Positions 32,599 to 43,702 of a DNA stretch of 64,000 nt are shown here, piece by piece. The DNA lies in NCBI RefSeq assembly GCF_000981445.1, contig NC_027218.1, positions 1,922,001 through 1,986,000 on the forward strand, in the 5' to 3' direction. Each line of letters opens with the position of its first letter. Within the stretch, counting starts at the first letter, position 1. The notes beneath the pieces were generated by a model, which was not told where the DNA came from, searched no databases, and saw nothing but the letters and a program-made list of their open reading frames with translations. The position numbers and the translations under genes were made by a program. The stretch is from Babesia bigemina (taxonomy: Eukaryota).

Positions 32599-35167
32599 TC
32601 ACGTTCCGTATCGTTTCCTGTGGAATATGCTATTGTGCGGCGGCGCCATGTAGAAGGCGATAATCTTCAGGCCCCCTTCGGCGGCCGTCAGTTCCATGTG
32701 CACCAGGAACTTCGACTTGTTGATCCCCAGGTACCTCCCGATCGCCAGAGGCTGCTGTGCCACTTCAGCATCGTCCTCCGGTTCCGCGCTCTTGAGCTGC
32801 TTCAGGTGCTGGAGCGACGCCCTGAACAGCGCCGGTGGTTGGTGCAGGTACTTCTTGATACAGGGTGCGTCACTAAATTTCCTCGGCCCGATGTAAATCT
32901 TCTGTCGCGTGTTAATCCTGGCGTTTTCGGTCGCCGGCTTTTCCCGGTTCGATTTCCCCTCGACGCCGAACAGCTCCTCCTCGATTTTTATGGCGTACAG
33001 GTTGTTGGAAGTCTGAATGAAGATGCGATTCAGCTGGTCCTTATTGTACCAAATTGCGTTGTATATCTGCACGTTGCTGTTGCAGATCCTATTCGGGACC
33101 CTGTGTATGGTCTCGCCGTCGTATGCGATGATGGTGCGCATTTCCACGTTGTAGAAGTAGTAGAGCGAGCCCTTGGAAAATACCGCGAGGTACTTGAAAT
33201 CGGGGCTCGCACAGGTGGATACCACCCTGTATCCGTTTTCAAACCTGGGCAGCTCGTGTATCGTCTCGGTTTCCAGGTCGAGGAGGTACACGAACCCCTC
33301 CAGGCTGTACAACGTGATCAGTCTGCGTTGCAGCTTCTCGTCGAGGTTGAATCGCGCAACGTCGATCTTTATGATGGGGTCGCTGATGTGGTGCTGCAAT
33401 TGGCGCATCTCCCCGGTTTCGACATTGAACCTTGACAGGCGGAACTTGGTGTCACCCTTTTCGAGGTGCGACAGTAGTAGTTCGGTGTTGGACACGAAAT
33501 GCATCGCGTGGACAATCATTTCTTGCACCTGTTGGTCACTGGACCTTATTTCCAGATTTTCGGCACAAAATCGTAGTAACCGCATATGCTTTTGGTTGGC
33601 GATTGCCATTACACTTGCGTCCGGCGACAATTGCGCCGCGACGATTTGCCCTCCCTCCCGCTTGAGTTTGATGGCGGCTAGCTTGTACGGCATTTCGGTA
33701 TCATCCGGCGACTCCCTGGGCACGTACCACAGGTCGCAGTGGTCCCGGTACCGGCACAGCGCCAGCGTCTTGTCCTTGCTCATGACCACTGGCGAGCCCA
33801 CCCAGCTCGGGATGTTGAGCAGTATGAGGTTGGTCCTGCACCTCTTGTTGTTCTGGTGCTTGAGCCCTCTGGATATGGTGAGTATGCCGTCGCTGCCGCT
33901 GCTAACTATCCGGTCGTCGTTCGGGTGCACTGCGAAGCACCTCACGTCGCCCTTGTGGTAATACTTGACCCCGTTGGCACTCCACCCGGCAGGGGCATTC
34001 TGCTTCAGGTAGTTCCTCTCGTTGTAGGCGTAGACCGTAATTTGCGTGTCCACGCCGCCGGAGAAGAGCGTGTCGCCGTCGGCACCGACGGCCAGACACA
34101 GCACGTCAGCACAGTGTTGCGTGAACATTTTGTGCATAGTGCAGGTCTTCACATCCCATAGGATAACGTTGCCGGCGGAATCCCCACTGGCTAGCATCTG
34201 GTGCTTCTCTATGAACACCAGCGCCCATATTTGCGGCTCCTGTTGGTCGTCTGCGGTGTTCGCTAGCCGGTTCTCCTCGGCAGCAGCATCCGTCTCCGCT
34301 TCCGCTTCTGCTTCGGAATCTGCATTGCCCGTCTTCCTCTTTTTGGAGACAGGGGGCCCCTGCTTCTTCAGCCCCGGCACCTTTATTTTGGTGGCCGGCG
34401 CCTCGGAAGACGGGCCATGCCTGAAGATGATGGCATCCGCAGTCCCGCAGAAGAACGACCCATCAGGTAGCGCGCACACGCTCAGTATGCTCTTGGTGTG
34501 ACAGGCGTACACCTTATCGAATTCAAGTTCCGGGTCCCTGGTGTGCCTGTCGTCTGAGCTCCAGAGCCGGAATGCCCGGACTCTTCCATCGTCACATGCG
34601 ATAAGGACCCTTGTACCACACTGCGTCAGCGCAGCCGAGAATATGGCTCCTCCGTAGGAACAACACGACCTCTGCATCACTTGACATTACACACCGTGTG
34701 GCACCTACCACTGGCAGGAGAAGCTCCAGGTCCCAGTCGGTGATGACGGCGTGCAAGCCAATGGTGATAATTCGGTACCCGCTGAGGGTTTTCCCGACCA
34801 AGCCGTCAGTCTTGGGTATCCAGATGATCGTTCGTATCGCCGCGTGCTCGTCCGACTCGCGTAGCGACTGCATTCGATGAGCTGCGGTATCGCGGCTGGG
34901 CTGTGTAAAAGGTAGGATCACATCACATACGGCCGTGAACTGCCTACACCTCCCTTCATGTACACATAGTGATGTGATTCCACCGCTGCCACGCCACTTG
35001 CTTCACCGACTTACCGTTATATGCACTCTGGTTTCGACGTTGTAAATCTCGACAGCGAAGGGTTGCCTTGCCGCCGCGATGTACTGCCCGCATGGCGAGA
35101 ACGCTACGGCGTTCACGCTGGAGGTGGTGGAGTCGTAGATGCTCACCAGCGAGAGTTGGTGAGCCAT
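32599..35167 (-). CDS. UTP4: WD40 protein, U3 snoRNP/SSU processome UTP4 (cirhin)-like
   Basis: Exon 1 MAHQLSLVSIYD...VNAVAFSPCG. WD repeats LASGDSAGNVILWD and HCADVLCLAV...LFSGGVD, and the C-terminus RKRYGT resembles the UTP4 terminus. Confidence 0.75.
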
Positions 35168-36289
35168 GTTTGGGCTAATAGCGGTTGGGTACCATCCACG
35201 TCCGAGCGTCACCCGGAAACGATCGCCGTCTACTGCTTCCTCATGGTGAAAGATTGCGTTCCCAACTGCCCAGATTCTCTTAAGTTGCGATAATGTTGTG
35301 CGATATGTTGTAACGCTCGGGCGCCTTACCGTCGGCTCGGAGCGCGACTCCCGCGGATGCGGCCTTCCGCGATTGCCCTCCAAGGGCGCCGGCATCCCAC
35401 GGTACACCACCCGGCTATCATTTTATCGAAGCGTGCTAATAGATAACAGCTATGTGCGAACACCCATGGTAGTCGGTATGTTGAAACTCCTTGGCTCACA
35501 GCGGCAGCTGCCGCAATAGCCGCCGTAACCTGCTCCGCAACACCGCACCTCGGCCTTCCACTACATATTCGGCATAGTGTTTTGAAGCGCTTCTGATGCC
35601 GCGTTTCCAGGGGTGTGATTATTTCGGGTCTAAAGGCGAACCCGCAGGTCGTTTGGGTTAGGTAACGTTGGCCGTTTTCACGGCTTCCCAGCCGCGTTGA
35701 AGCTGAATCGCTGTTCCACCTGTGGCTTTCAAATGCGAAAATCCGCTAAATTGCCAACAACAAATCGCTGATAAGCCGGATAGAGGGAATCACTTCTACA
35801 CAGTACTGCCGCTCAGCGACCCATTACTGATGCTACCGATGTGTAGCGGGTGTTCCGATTCCACATTACTTAGCGCACAAACCGCTGCAGCTGGAAGGCT
35901 GCGTGTACGCTGTATGTCGAGGTGTATGTGTAACAGGTGCACCCCCGATACTGCCTGCAGACACGCGTCTCCCAGAGCCACAGTAAACTGAAGCGAACAA
36001 TTCTACCTGTACACCGGCCGTTGTACGGCCAATTCTAATATTGTCTGCGTATGTGCGGAGGAAGAAGGGATTTGCAACTGACTGTTTCATCTGCTGGAGT
36101 CGCCGCTTTCGTAACTCTAGCAGTTTGACAAGTCAATGGAATCCCCCAGAGTAGCAAATAGTTTGATCGTTACGTGATTTGTCGACCGGTTCACGCTGGT
36201 CTAGATGGCAGCCGCCCTCAAAGGGTGCCTCTGGAAGCACTGATTTCATATTTCCTTCTACGAGACTGTTTGGCGCGAGGTAGTCCAGA

Positions 36290-36894
36290 ATGGCAGATAG
36301 AAGCGAGACTGATTCTCCTGACTCGTTAGGTAAGTCAAATCCACGCGCCAATCGTGCCTCCATTATTCCCACTCTCATGCACCTACAGCTGAACGTCAGT
36401 TTGAGATCGCAAACCTCCGCGCGCGCTTTCACAATCGCATCCCCGTTATCTGCATCGCTAAAAAGTTCAGCACGCTCCACATTGACAAGTCCAAGTAGGT
36501 TACGCCTTTACTCATGGGCCTATACGGGTGCTGCAACGCACTTGCGTGCCTAATTGCATAAGCCTCTGTTGCTCTGTAACGGACCACATAACATCCACTT
36601 TGGTTGTTTTCTGTATGCGTATGCATCGAAATTAAAAGTCAGATCTTCATTGTGTTCAGGTTTCTGGTGCCGGCCAACATGATGTATGCCGAGTTCAAGT
36701 ACATCTTGCAGAAGCACCTGGTCACCGAGAACATCGAAAAGCCCGAGTACGTTGGGAAGAACGCAGCTCTGTACCTCTACGTGGGAGGGATAATCCCGAT
36801 GGCGCAGGCGCTGATGGGCGAGCTGTTCCAGAAGCACCGCTCGGAGGAGGGTGTCCTCTACATGACCTACGCTAACGAGAACACGCTGGGCTGA
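36290..36894 (+). CDS. ATG8: Autophagy protein ATG8 (3 exons)
   Basis: Introns 36330-36388 and 36495-36659 give MADRSETDSPDSLAERQFEIANLRARFHNRIPVIC...DKSKFLVPANMMYAEFKYILQKH...YANENTLG* with an exposed terminal Gly. Confidence 0.9.
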
Positions 36895-37080
36895 TGCAGT
36901 TGCCATCACCGCCCTTGTAGATGGGTATACACGTCTGTTTATTCCTGAAAACAACAAGATTTAAACACATACCCCATTGTATCATCCCAACGTGCTCAGT
37001 TCCGTGTCGTTTTCGAGGTCGGCCACATTAGTGTTCATTTCGCCCTAGTGGCATCCAGCCACCATAAAGGTTGGCATGTG

Positions 37081-39416
37081 ATGTTTGTGGCGGTTGTAGC
37101 GTTCGCTGCGCTCTATATCTTCCCTGTTTGCCTGTCTGTTTCGCCATCGCGGTTACACATCGGCGTTTTGGGCGCTACGGAGGTTGGTAATAGGCGTAGA
37201 GCCGCTCATAATCATGCACATCGCAATATAAAATCGCAATTCGCGCCGTTGTCATCCTTGCAGAGGTGCGATGGCGCGACTGTTACGGGTGTGCGCGATC
37301 ACTGCGCATTCCTGGCGAATTCGGGCGCCTTCTGCGGTAAAACTATAATTAGAAGAGCTATTGATGCCTATGGCGACGAAGGATGTTTAGTGGAAGATCC
37401 CCGTGATGTTGGAGTCGATGCACCGTCTACGGAATCCATCGCATCGACACGCGAACGGATAAAATCGTTAAGCGAGCAGCTTACTGGAGCGAGCGATCAT
37501 CGCGAAAGGGTGCAGATACTGGCAACTCATGGCGCTAGCCTGTTCAAAGGAGCGCCGGAACCATCAGTATTGCGGGAGCCGCCACTGAGCTTGTCTGAGA
37601 GCAAGCGGTTTCGTATGCCTGATTCTGGGCAGGTGTCTAGCACCTCCCGCAACTATATCCTGTTCCCGCCTCCATGTGAGGTAGATTACAACCTGGTACC
37701 TGGCTGTGTGTCGTCTATTTATGTCGCTGTCTATGTGGACAACCACGGTGTGGTGCATGTGGACGGGACGTCTGACTCGCTCATAACCAAGGCAACCTTG
37801 GCGCTCATCCTCGATTCCGTGGAGCTTAGGCACTCTACTGAAGTGCTTGGCATGCAGGCGCGCGATGTCGGTCATGAGTCAACGCTCGCCGGCCTGGGTT
37901 TCATGAAACGCGACGGAGTGGGCACAATCTTGAACCACATAAAGTCCGAGGTGCGGTCGCAGTCTGATCGACTGAAGATCGTGAATAAACCGCAAAGGCG
38001 CATCAGTAAAAGGAGTGCTAAAAGGTGAGTTTGCGTGCGGTAGCAGCATGCCCGCCTGCACATAATCTCTACATGTCCGTTCAGGGTGGCGGCGTTGTTG
38101 AGCGGCGGGGTGGACTCGTCCGTGGCGTTGTGGCTGTTGAAGTCCCGCGGCTACGACGTGGAAGCGTTCTACCTGAAGGTCTGGGGCGTAGAGAAGGCCG
38201 AGGATACGGGTTCGTGCATCAGTGCAAATCGACAATGACGTCCCAGGAAACTGCGAATGGGCTACTGACGTCGACCACGCCATGAACGTGTGCTCTACGC
38301 TGGATGTACCGCTACATATACTACCGTTCCAGGACCTCTATCACGAGCAGGTACTACGCCCATACGTTGAGGGCACCCGGTATGTCTTTGTGTCTGCTCT
38401 TCATGGTGTTCAGACTGGGCGAGACCCCGAATCCCGACATTTGCTGCAACGAGTTCATAAAGTTCGGGGCGTTTGCAGACTATGCTACGCGATGGGGCTT
38501 TAGTCACGTCGCCTCAGGCCACTACGCGTCCGTGGTTGAAGACGTGTCTAAAATCGACCATCCGAGCTGCGGTCCTGACGCCACACCCAAATCATGCGGC
38601 GAACGCATCACTCGACTGCAGCTATGCAAGGATCTCAAGAAGGACCAGACGTACTTTCTCAGCCGCTTGACCCAACGTCAGTTGCAGCAGGTCATCTTCC
38701 CTCTCTGTCGGCTGCTTAAGGTCGAGGTAAGCGTCCCCACCCAAACTCATTCTACACGGGTCAGGTGAGAGCGATCGCCCGCACGCTAGGATTCACGAAC
38801 CACGCCCGCAAAGACTCAGTGGGCCTCTGCTTTTTAGGCAAGGTGGACGTCCACTCGTTCCTGGCCGAGCGCCTGGGTCAGATGCCAGGGCCCATAGTGG
38901 ACTGCGATAGCGGTGAATGCATCGGAGAACACCCGGGCTTGTACCACTTCACGGTGGGTCAGCGGGAGGGCATTGCAGAGTACCTAAGTTCGGTGCGCGA
39001 GACCCACCGCGCCCGGTACGTGGTCCGTAAGGACGTGGCGACGAATACGTTGTACGTAACCTCGAGCTATCACTGCGGAAGGTACGTGACAGAAGGCGGC
39101 GTGCGGCGCCGTTTCGAGATAAGCGATTTGACGTGGACGGTGCCAGACTATTCGAGGCACATTACATGCGAAGGTAGGAGTTTAATTTTTTGCACAATAC
39201 CCCGTAGGCGTAGGTGCACCCATATTGGCCCTGAAGCTGCGCCACTCTCCGTCGTTTTCACGGGGCGTTATCGAGTTCGACGATCCCAAGAATCCTACCC
39301 GCGCGTCGGTCAACCTTTACCGCGCAGACGTTGGAGTAGCGAGCGGCCAGTACGCCGCATTTTATGCAGGCGACGAGTGCATCGGTGCGGGAAAGATGGT
39401 GGCTAGTGTGATCTAA
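37081..39416 (+). CDS. mnmA: SufE-MnmA fusion (sulfur-acceptor domain plus tRNA 2-thiouridylase) with apicoplast-type leader
   Basis: Signal peptide, then SufE motifs VPGCVSSIYV and GTSDSLITKA. Intron 38025-38084 joins in frame to RVAALLSGGVDSSVA, followed by TPNPDICCNEFIKFG, SGHYA, KDQTYFL, DSVGLCFLG, FTVGQR and GQYAAFY. Confidence 0.85.
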
Positions 39417-39812
39417 CGGTTAGGAATTTTCCAGCCAGTTAGACTCCTTTTGAATCAGGTTGCGCAGAAAATTCTTGTCTGCGCACGAGAAATATTTTCC
39501 TAGTCGCATCGGTGATTCACATTACTTATTACTATAAAACAATACTGCAAAATTTTATAGAAGAGCGATTTGCCGATATTTCAAATTACGTATCGAGGGG
39601 CAAGTGCCAGAAACCGCTGTGACGTACTGCGCTTCACGTTACAGTGGCATGTCCGTTGAGCGATTGTATCTTCGGCTAAACATTGGAACCGAGTGTGATT
39701 CGATGCTTGTTTCCGCACTAATTTGTGAGGTCAGAAACCTTCGAATCATACGGAGAGCCCCGTAAACAACTGAAGCTGCTGTTGCACAACCTTGTTTTCT
39801 TCAACGGGCACA

Positions 39813-40709
39813 ATGGACAATGAAAGGTCGTCACGTCGCGCGTACTGGGCCAAGATAGCGATCCTCGCATTATTAGCGGGAGCCTTAGTAGGCGGTGTAG
39901 CCTATCTCATTGTACATTTCACTAAAAGTGACTCTCCAATGGACTCGGATACTGTCAGCGCATTTGACAACAGCGACCCTGGCTCTGAAGTCGTACCCAT
40001 GCCACTTGCTGAACAACCTGAAGGTCACGAACGGCTTCGAGACAAATCAGACCATCCCATACAAGATGCAGATATGCTTCCAGTCATAGAGAAGGCTGAC
40101 GGTCCGGTACCTGGAAGGGATCAAGCGCCCGGGAAAAATGGTCCTCAACAGCCTGCTAGAGCCGGCTTCCCGCGAGAAAGAAGAGCTTCTAACCCGCAAC
40201 CGGACGTACCTAATGTTCCAGATCAAGATCCATATGATCACCATATGGGCATAGTAGAAACGAGGATCCCTATTATTAGCGAACACGTGAGAGGCCAAAC
40301 TAGTGTCACCACCCTGGAAGACGTCACCAAGGATCTGCGTCTGACAAATTTGCACAAAGGAAAACGTTGTATCAAATTCAATCCCGAACAAAGACCCGAT
40401 AACTCCAAGGTAAGAACGATCGCCAATGGAAATATCTATTCGGCCTTCGAACCCAAAGCGCCGGATGCATTGTTCTGCACCGTGGTTACTAATAACGGGC
40501 AAACTGTGGTGATGGTGAATTCTGATGTTGTGAAGACCTACGTTGTGCTTGAGAAAACTCGCTATGGAAACATAATCTCGCTTTTCACACTTGACTCCAA
40601 GAGCATACCGTCGGTGACCCAACTGGTGAAACCTAAAGGTGCGTCAAGCTACTGCCTGAACGATAACTACTGGGGTCTCATGAGGAGCATCTACGAACTA
40701 AATGGATAG
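39813..40709 (+). CDS. Hypothetical membrane-anchored protein (N-terminal TM)
   Basis: Single-exon ORF with the TM IAILALLAGALVGGVAYLIV after a basic N-terminus, then a Pro-rich linker and a beta-rich C-domain. Confidence 0.7.
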   Translation: MDNERSSRRAYWAKIAILALLAGALVGGVAYLIVHFTKSDSPMDSDTVSAFDNSDPGSEVVPMPLAEQPEGHERLRDKSDHPIQDADMLPVIEKADGPVPGRDQAPGKNGPQQPARAGFPRERRASNPQPDVPNVPDQDPYDHHMGIVETRIPIISEHVRGQTSVTTLEDVTKDLRLTNLHKGKRCIKFNPEQRPDNSKVRTIANGNIYSAFEPKAPDALFCTVVTNNGQTVVMVNSDVVKTYVVLEKTRYGNIISLFTLDSKSIPSVTQLVKPKGASSYCLNDNYWGLMRSIYELNG

Positions 40710-41117
40710 GGAGCCGGCCATGGCGCAGCCAATGCATCGTTTCCGCCAAGCGCTGCGCCTGGTTTTGCCTACAACGCATAATGTAATGCTCTAGTGTATA
40801 ACACACGCACGGGCTAATGCACTACCACGTTCTCGTGGTGCGTGATGATATGCATCGGGATGGTGTTGTGCGCAACCGCGGTTGCACAAAAGGCACCGTC
40901 TCCTATCACCGCCAGCCGTCATACGCAGCAAGTATAAGACTCTGTTCGCTCATCACAACCCGGAGTGGAGCATTCCAACTACGGTTAGTGAGACGTCTGC
41001 AGCACTGATGGACCTTTGTGAACAACAGGAGTCACCACCGAGTGAACCACAACCACGACCTCGATTAATTAGCAACCGATATCCATTTGTGATTTGAATA
41101 CGATGTTGGGGCCGCGC

Positions 41118-42545
41118 CTACTGCGAGTACTCTATGTGTTTAGCACGTGCTCGCTGCTGCAGCATCCGCCGTATGGCCTCCTTGCTGTCGACAGGGGGCG
41201 CACCCTTCCGGTTCGCCGTGTAGTTAGACCACTGCCCTCCCGCGTTGGAGTAGTAATCCATGGGATATGTGCTCTTGTAAACCTCCTTGTTGTACGCGAC
41301 GTACGCTTCGTACGGGTTCAGCAGCGGTTTCCCGAACCCTGCACCCCAGTCGATCGACAGCCTGGGGCACCCGATCTGTATGTACGCGTCCACGTCGAGC
41401 TGCGCCAACTTGTCCAGTGTGATCTCCGAAAGCAGTCTGATGTGGTACTCGATTTGGGCCGTCTCCAGCATCTTGGTGAGATTTTTGAGGATGTTGATGT
41501 TTCCCTGGCGGCCGAGCATGCTGAGCACCAGACACACCGACTTCGCGCTCTTCGCCCTTTGTATTGCGTCGCCCCTCGTCGAGTGCAGAGTGTCGAGGTC
41601 GTATGACTCCTCCGATATCGTTTTGTTGAACGGGTCGAAGCGGTACGCACGTATGCCAGGGTTCTGTATCAGGGCGCTCTCCAGGTGAAACCTGCCATCG
41701 GCGACGAACACTATCGTTCGTTCGCCCCCTTCGCCCGAATGATCCACGATCGCCGGATCCGATTGGCCGTTAGCATTGAGATGCGCATCGGCGGAAGCGT
41801 GACCACCGTTTGCCGCTGCTGGCGGCTCCATGCAACAGCGGCTGCCAGCATCCGTGTTGCTCCGACAGGCGCAGTCCCCACCGTTGACAATAGATGTGGC
41901 CCTCTCATTTCGCTTGAACTCGCAACCGTGCAGCACCGGCGACGTGCATCCCAGCACCTCACCCGGTAGCAGCGGGGCCACCTGCGGCACAATCACCTTG
42001 TTGCTGAAGTGCCCAGTTTCGTCGATGATGGCCGCCGCCTCGCGCAGCACGTTCGAGTACTGTATGGTCCCCATGAGAAATACCTTGTCCTGCGGCTTCA
42101 ACACCTGCGTGATCGCCTTGGCGAGGTAGTGCGGCGAGAAGTTGATTTCGACGAACACGTAGAGGCACTGCACGGTGACCGAGGTGACTGGCACGAGGCA
42201 CGAGTGGCCGTAGTGTATGATGAGGTCGCAGCCGATGGCCTGCGCGGTGATGTCGTCGATGCAGCAGGCGCCGTAGGTCACGTCCGCCATGATAATGACC
42301 TCGTCTATAGACTCGCAGAAGAACTTGAGTATGTCCGCGATCTCGCACCCCCAGGAGAGCAGCCCCTCGGGCATCTGTAGCGCAACCTTTTTTGCGCGTA
42401 GCTGTCGCACCTTGGCGACGCTCTTTGCGATTTCGAAGTTGTAGTTCGACGGCAGTGCCTTCTTCACAATCTGGTCCATGAAGTCGGCCTCCGCAGCCGT
42501 CTCCTTATTGCCCGAAGGGGCAGAATCCACTACGTTTAGATCCAT
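41118..42545 (-). CDS. DPH1: Diphthamide biosynthesis protein 1
   Basis: LPSNYNFEI, VALQMPEGL, DVTYGACCIDD, HYGHSCL, GEVLGCTSP, ADGRFHLE and CPRLSIDWG. Confidence 0.95.
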   Translation of the reverse strand: MDLNVVDSAPSGNKETAAEADFMDQIVKKALPSNYNFEIAKSVAKVRQLRAKKVALQMPEGLLSWGCEIADILKFFCESIDEVIIMADVTYGACCIDDITAQAIGCDLIIHYGHSCLVPVTSVTVQCLYVFVEINFSPHYLAKAITQVLKPQDKVFLMGTIQYSNVLREAAAIIDETGHFSNKVIVPQVAPLLPGEVLGCTSPVLHGCEFKRNERATSIVNGGDCACRSNTDAGSRCCMEPPAAANGGHASADAHLNANGQSDPAIVDHSGEGGERTIVFVADGRFHLESALIQNPGIRAYRFDPFNKTISEESYDLDTLHSTRGDAIQRAKSAKSVCLVLSMLGRQGNINILKNLTKMLETAQIEYHIRLLSEITLDKLAQLDVDAYIQIGCPRLSIDWGAGFGKPLLNPYEAYVAYNKEVYKSTYPMDYYSNAGGQWSNYTANRKGAPPVDSKEAIRRMLQQRARAKHIEYSQ

Positions 42546-43702
42546 GGTTTCCACTTAGACGCCCAGCGGCAACCTTATGGCGTAACTGCCGTTTGCTTCG
42601 CGGCGCCGTTATGTGGCTCACTCGGCGTCATTCACAATACTCGATTGATCACTCGACGGTACAAATTGTAATTCTCTTAACAAAGGTGCTGTCTGCGGCC
42701 TATCACAAGATACACATGAGTTGCGTTGGATGTGCCAATAGACAATCCCCGTTCGGGAACATGCCTGGGATAAGAGGCGCCAACGACCTTTTATTTGTTC
42801 TACAAAAGCGTATTCTGTAGCTTGGGTCTGCATTGACGCCGCTGTGCATGGTTTTTCCCTGCGGGGATACCCCGCCCTGAATCCATTGCGCGTCACGGCA
42901 CAATGCGGGGGGATTTTAATAACATACAGCGTGTCAATACTGCGGAACTATGAAATACGCAATGGTGTTTCATCGGAAGTTCTATGTCTAGGTGCTGGGC
43001 AGCACTGTTTCCGACATGGGTAGCGACCAGGGGCCAGCAATGCAACTTCAGCTCGGAATAGCCGTGAGCGCTGCGCCGCAACGGACATATAATGCACGCG
43101 AATTGCATTGCACATCTGAGATGTGTGTCCCGTGGATTCTCTAGGGGCGATTTATTTTGCCGTAGACAATACTCGAATCGCCGGCATGGCCTGCGCACAG
43201 CCGTAACTTTTGCCGATTGTTCAGCGGTGCAGGCGGTGTCTAAGACAAAATATAAGCGTTTCCACGACAAAGTGGAATGGCGGCGCGTAGCCGCCGTTTT
43301 ATGTTCGCTTCTTTTCCGACGAGTGCGTACAGCGCGGCAGGCCGTCGGCGCAGTGCGCATGCTGAATTCGCGCGCGCACCAAGAAGCTACGCAGCATAGA
43401 GCACATATAAGTTCTGTTTATATGTTTTGTAACATTCTGTTACCCTTTGACGTCGATGTGCAGCCACCTAGGGCACCTTCTTACGTATACACCTTGCCTT
43501 GTATACGCTCAAGTGGGAAGACTCGTTGTAGCTGCAGGACTCGCGTAAGACAACCGGCGACCATTTTCACAGCAATATATACATGTCTGTGGACATAGTG
43601 TCTCCGTGTGGAGGATAAAGGGGAGTCTAGTGGACGATGTGTCGACCGCTACCCGTATCGAGGCGTCGAATGCACAGTTTACGGTGCATTACGTGATGAA
43701 AA

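Noticed and set aside
35168..36289. Short ORFs or possible ncRNA in the UTP4-ATG8 divergent gap (similarly 42546-43702 and 59404-60234)
   Set aside because: No recognisable motifs or RNA family features, and adequately explained as bidirectional promoters and UTRs.
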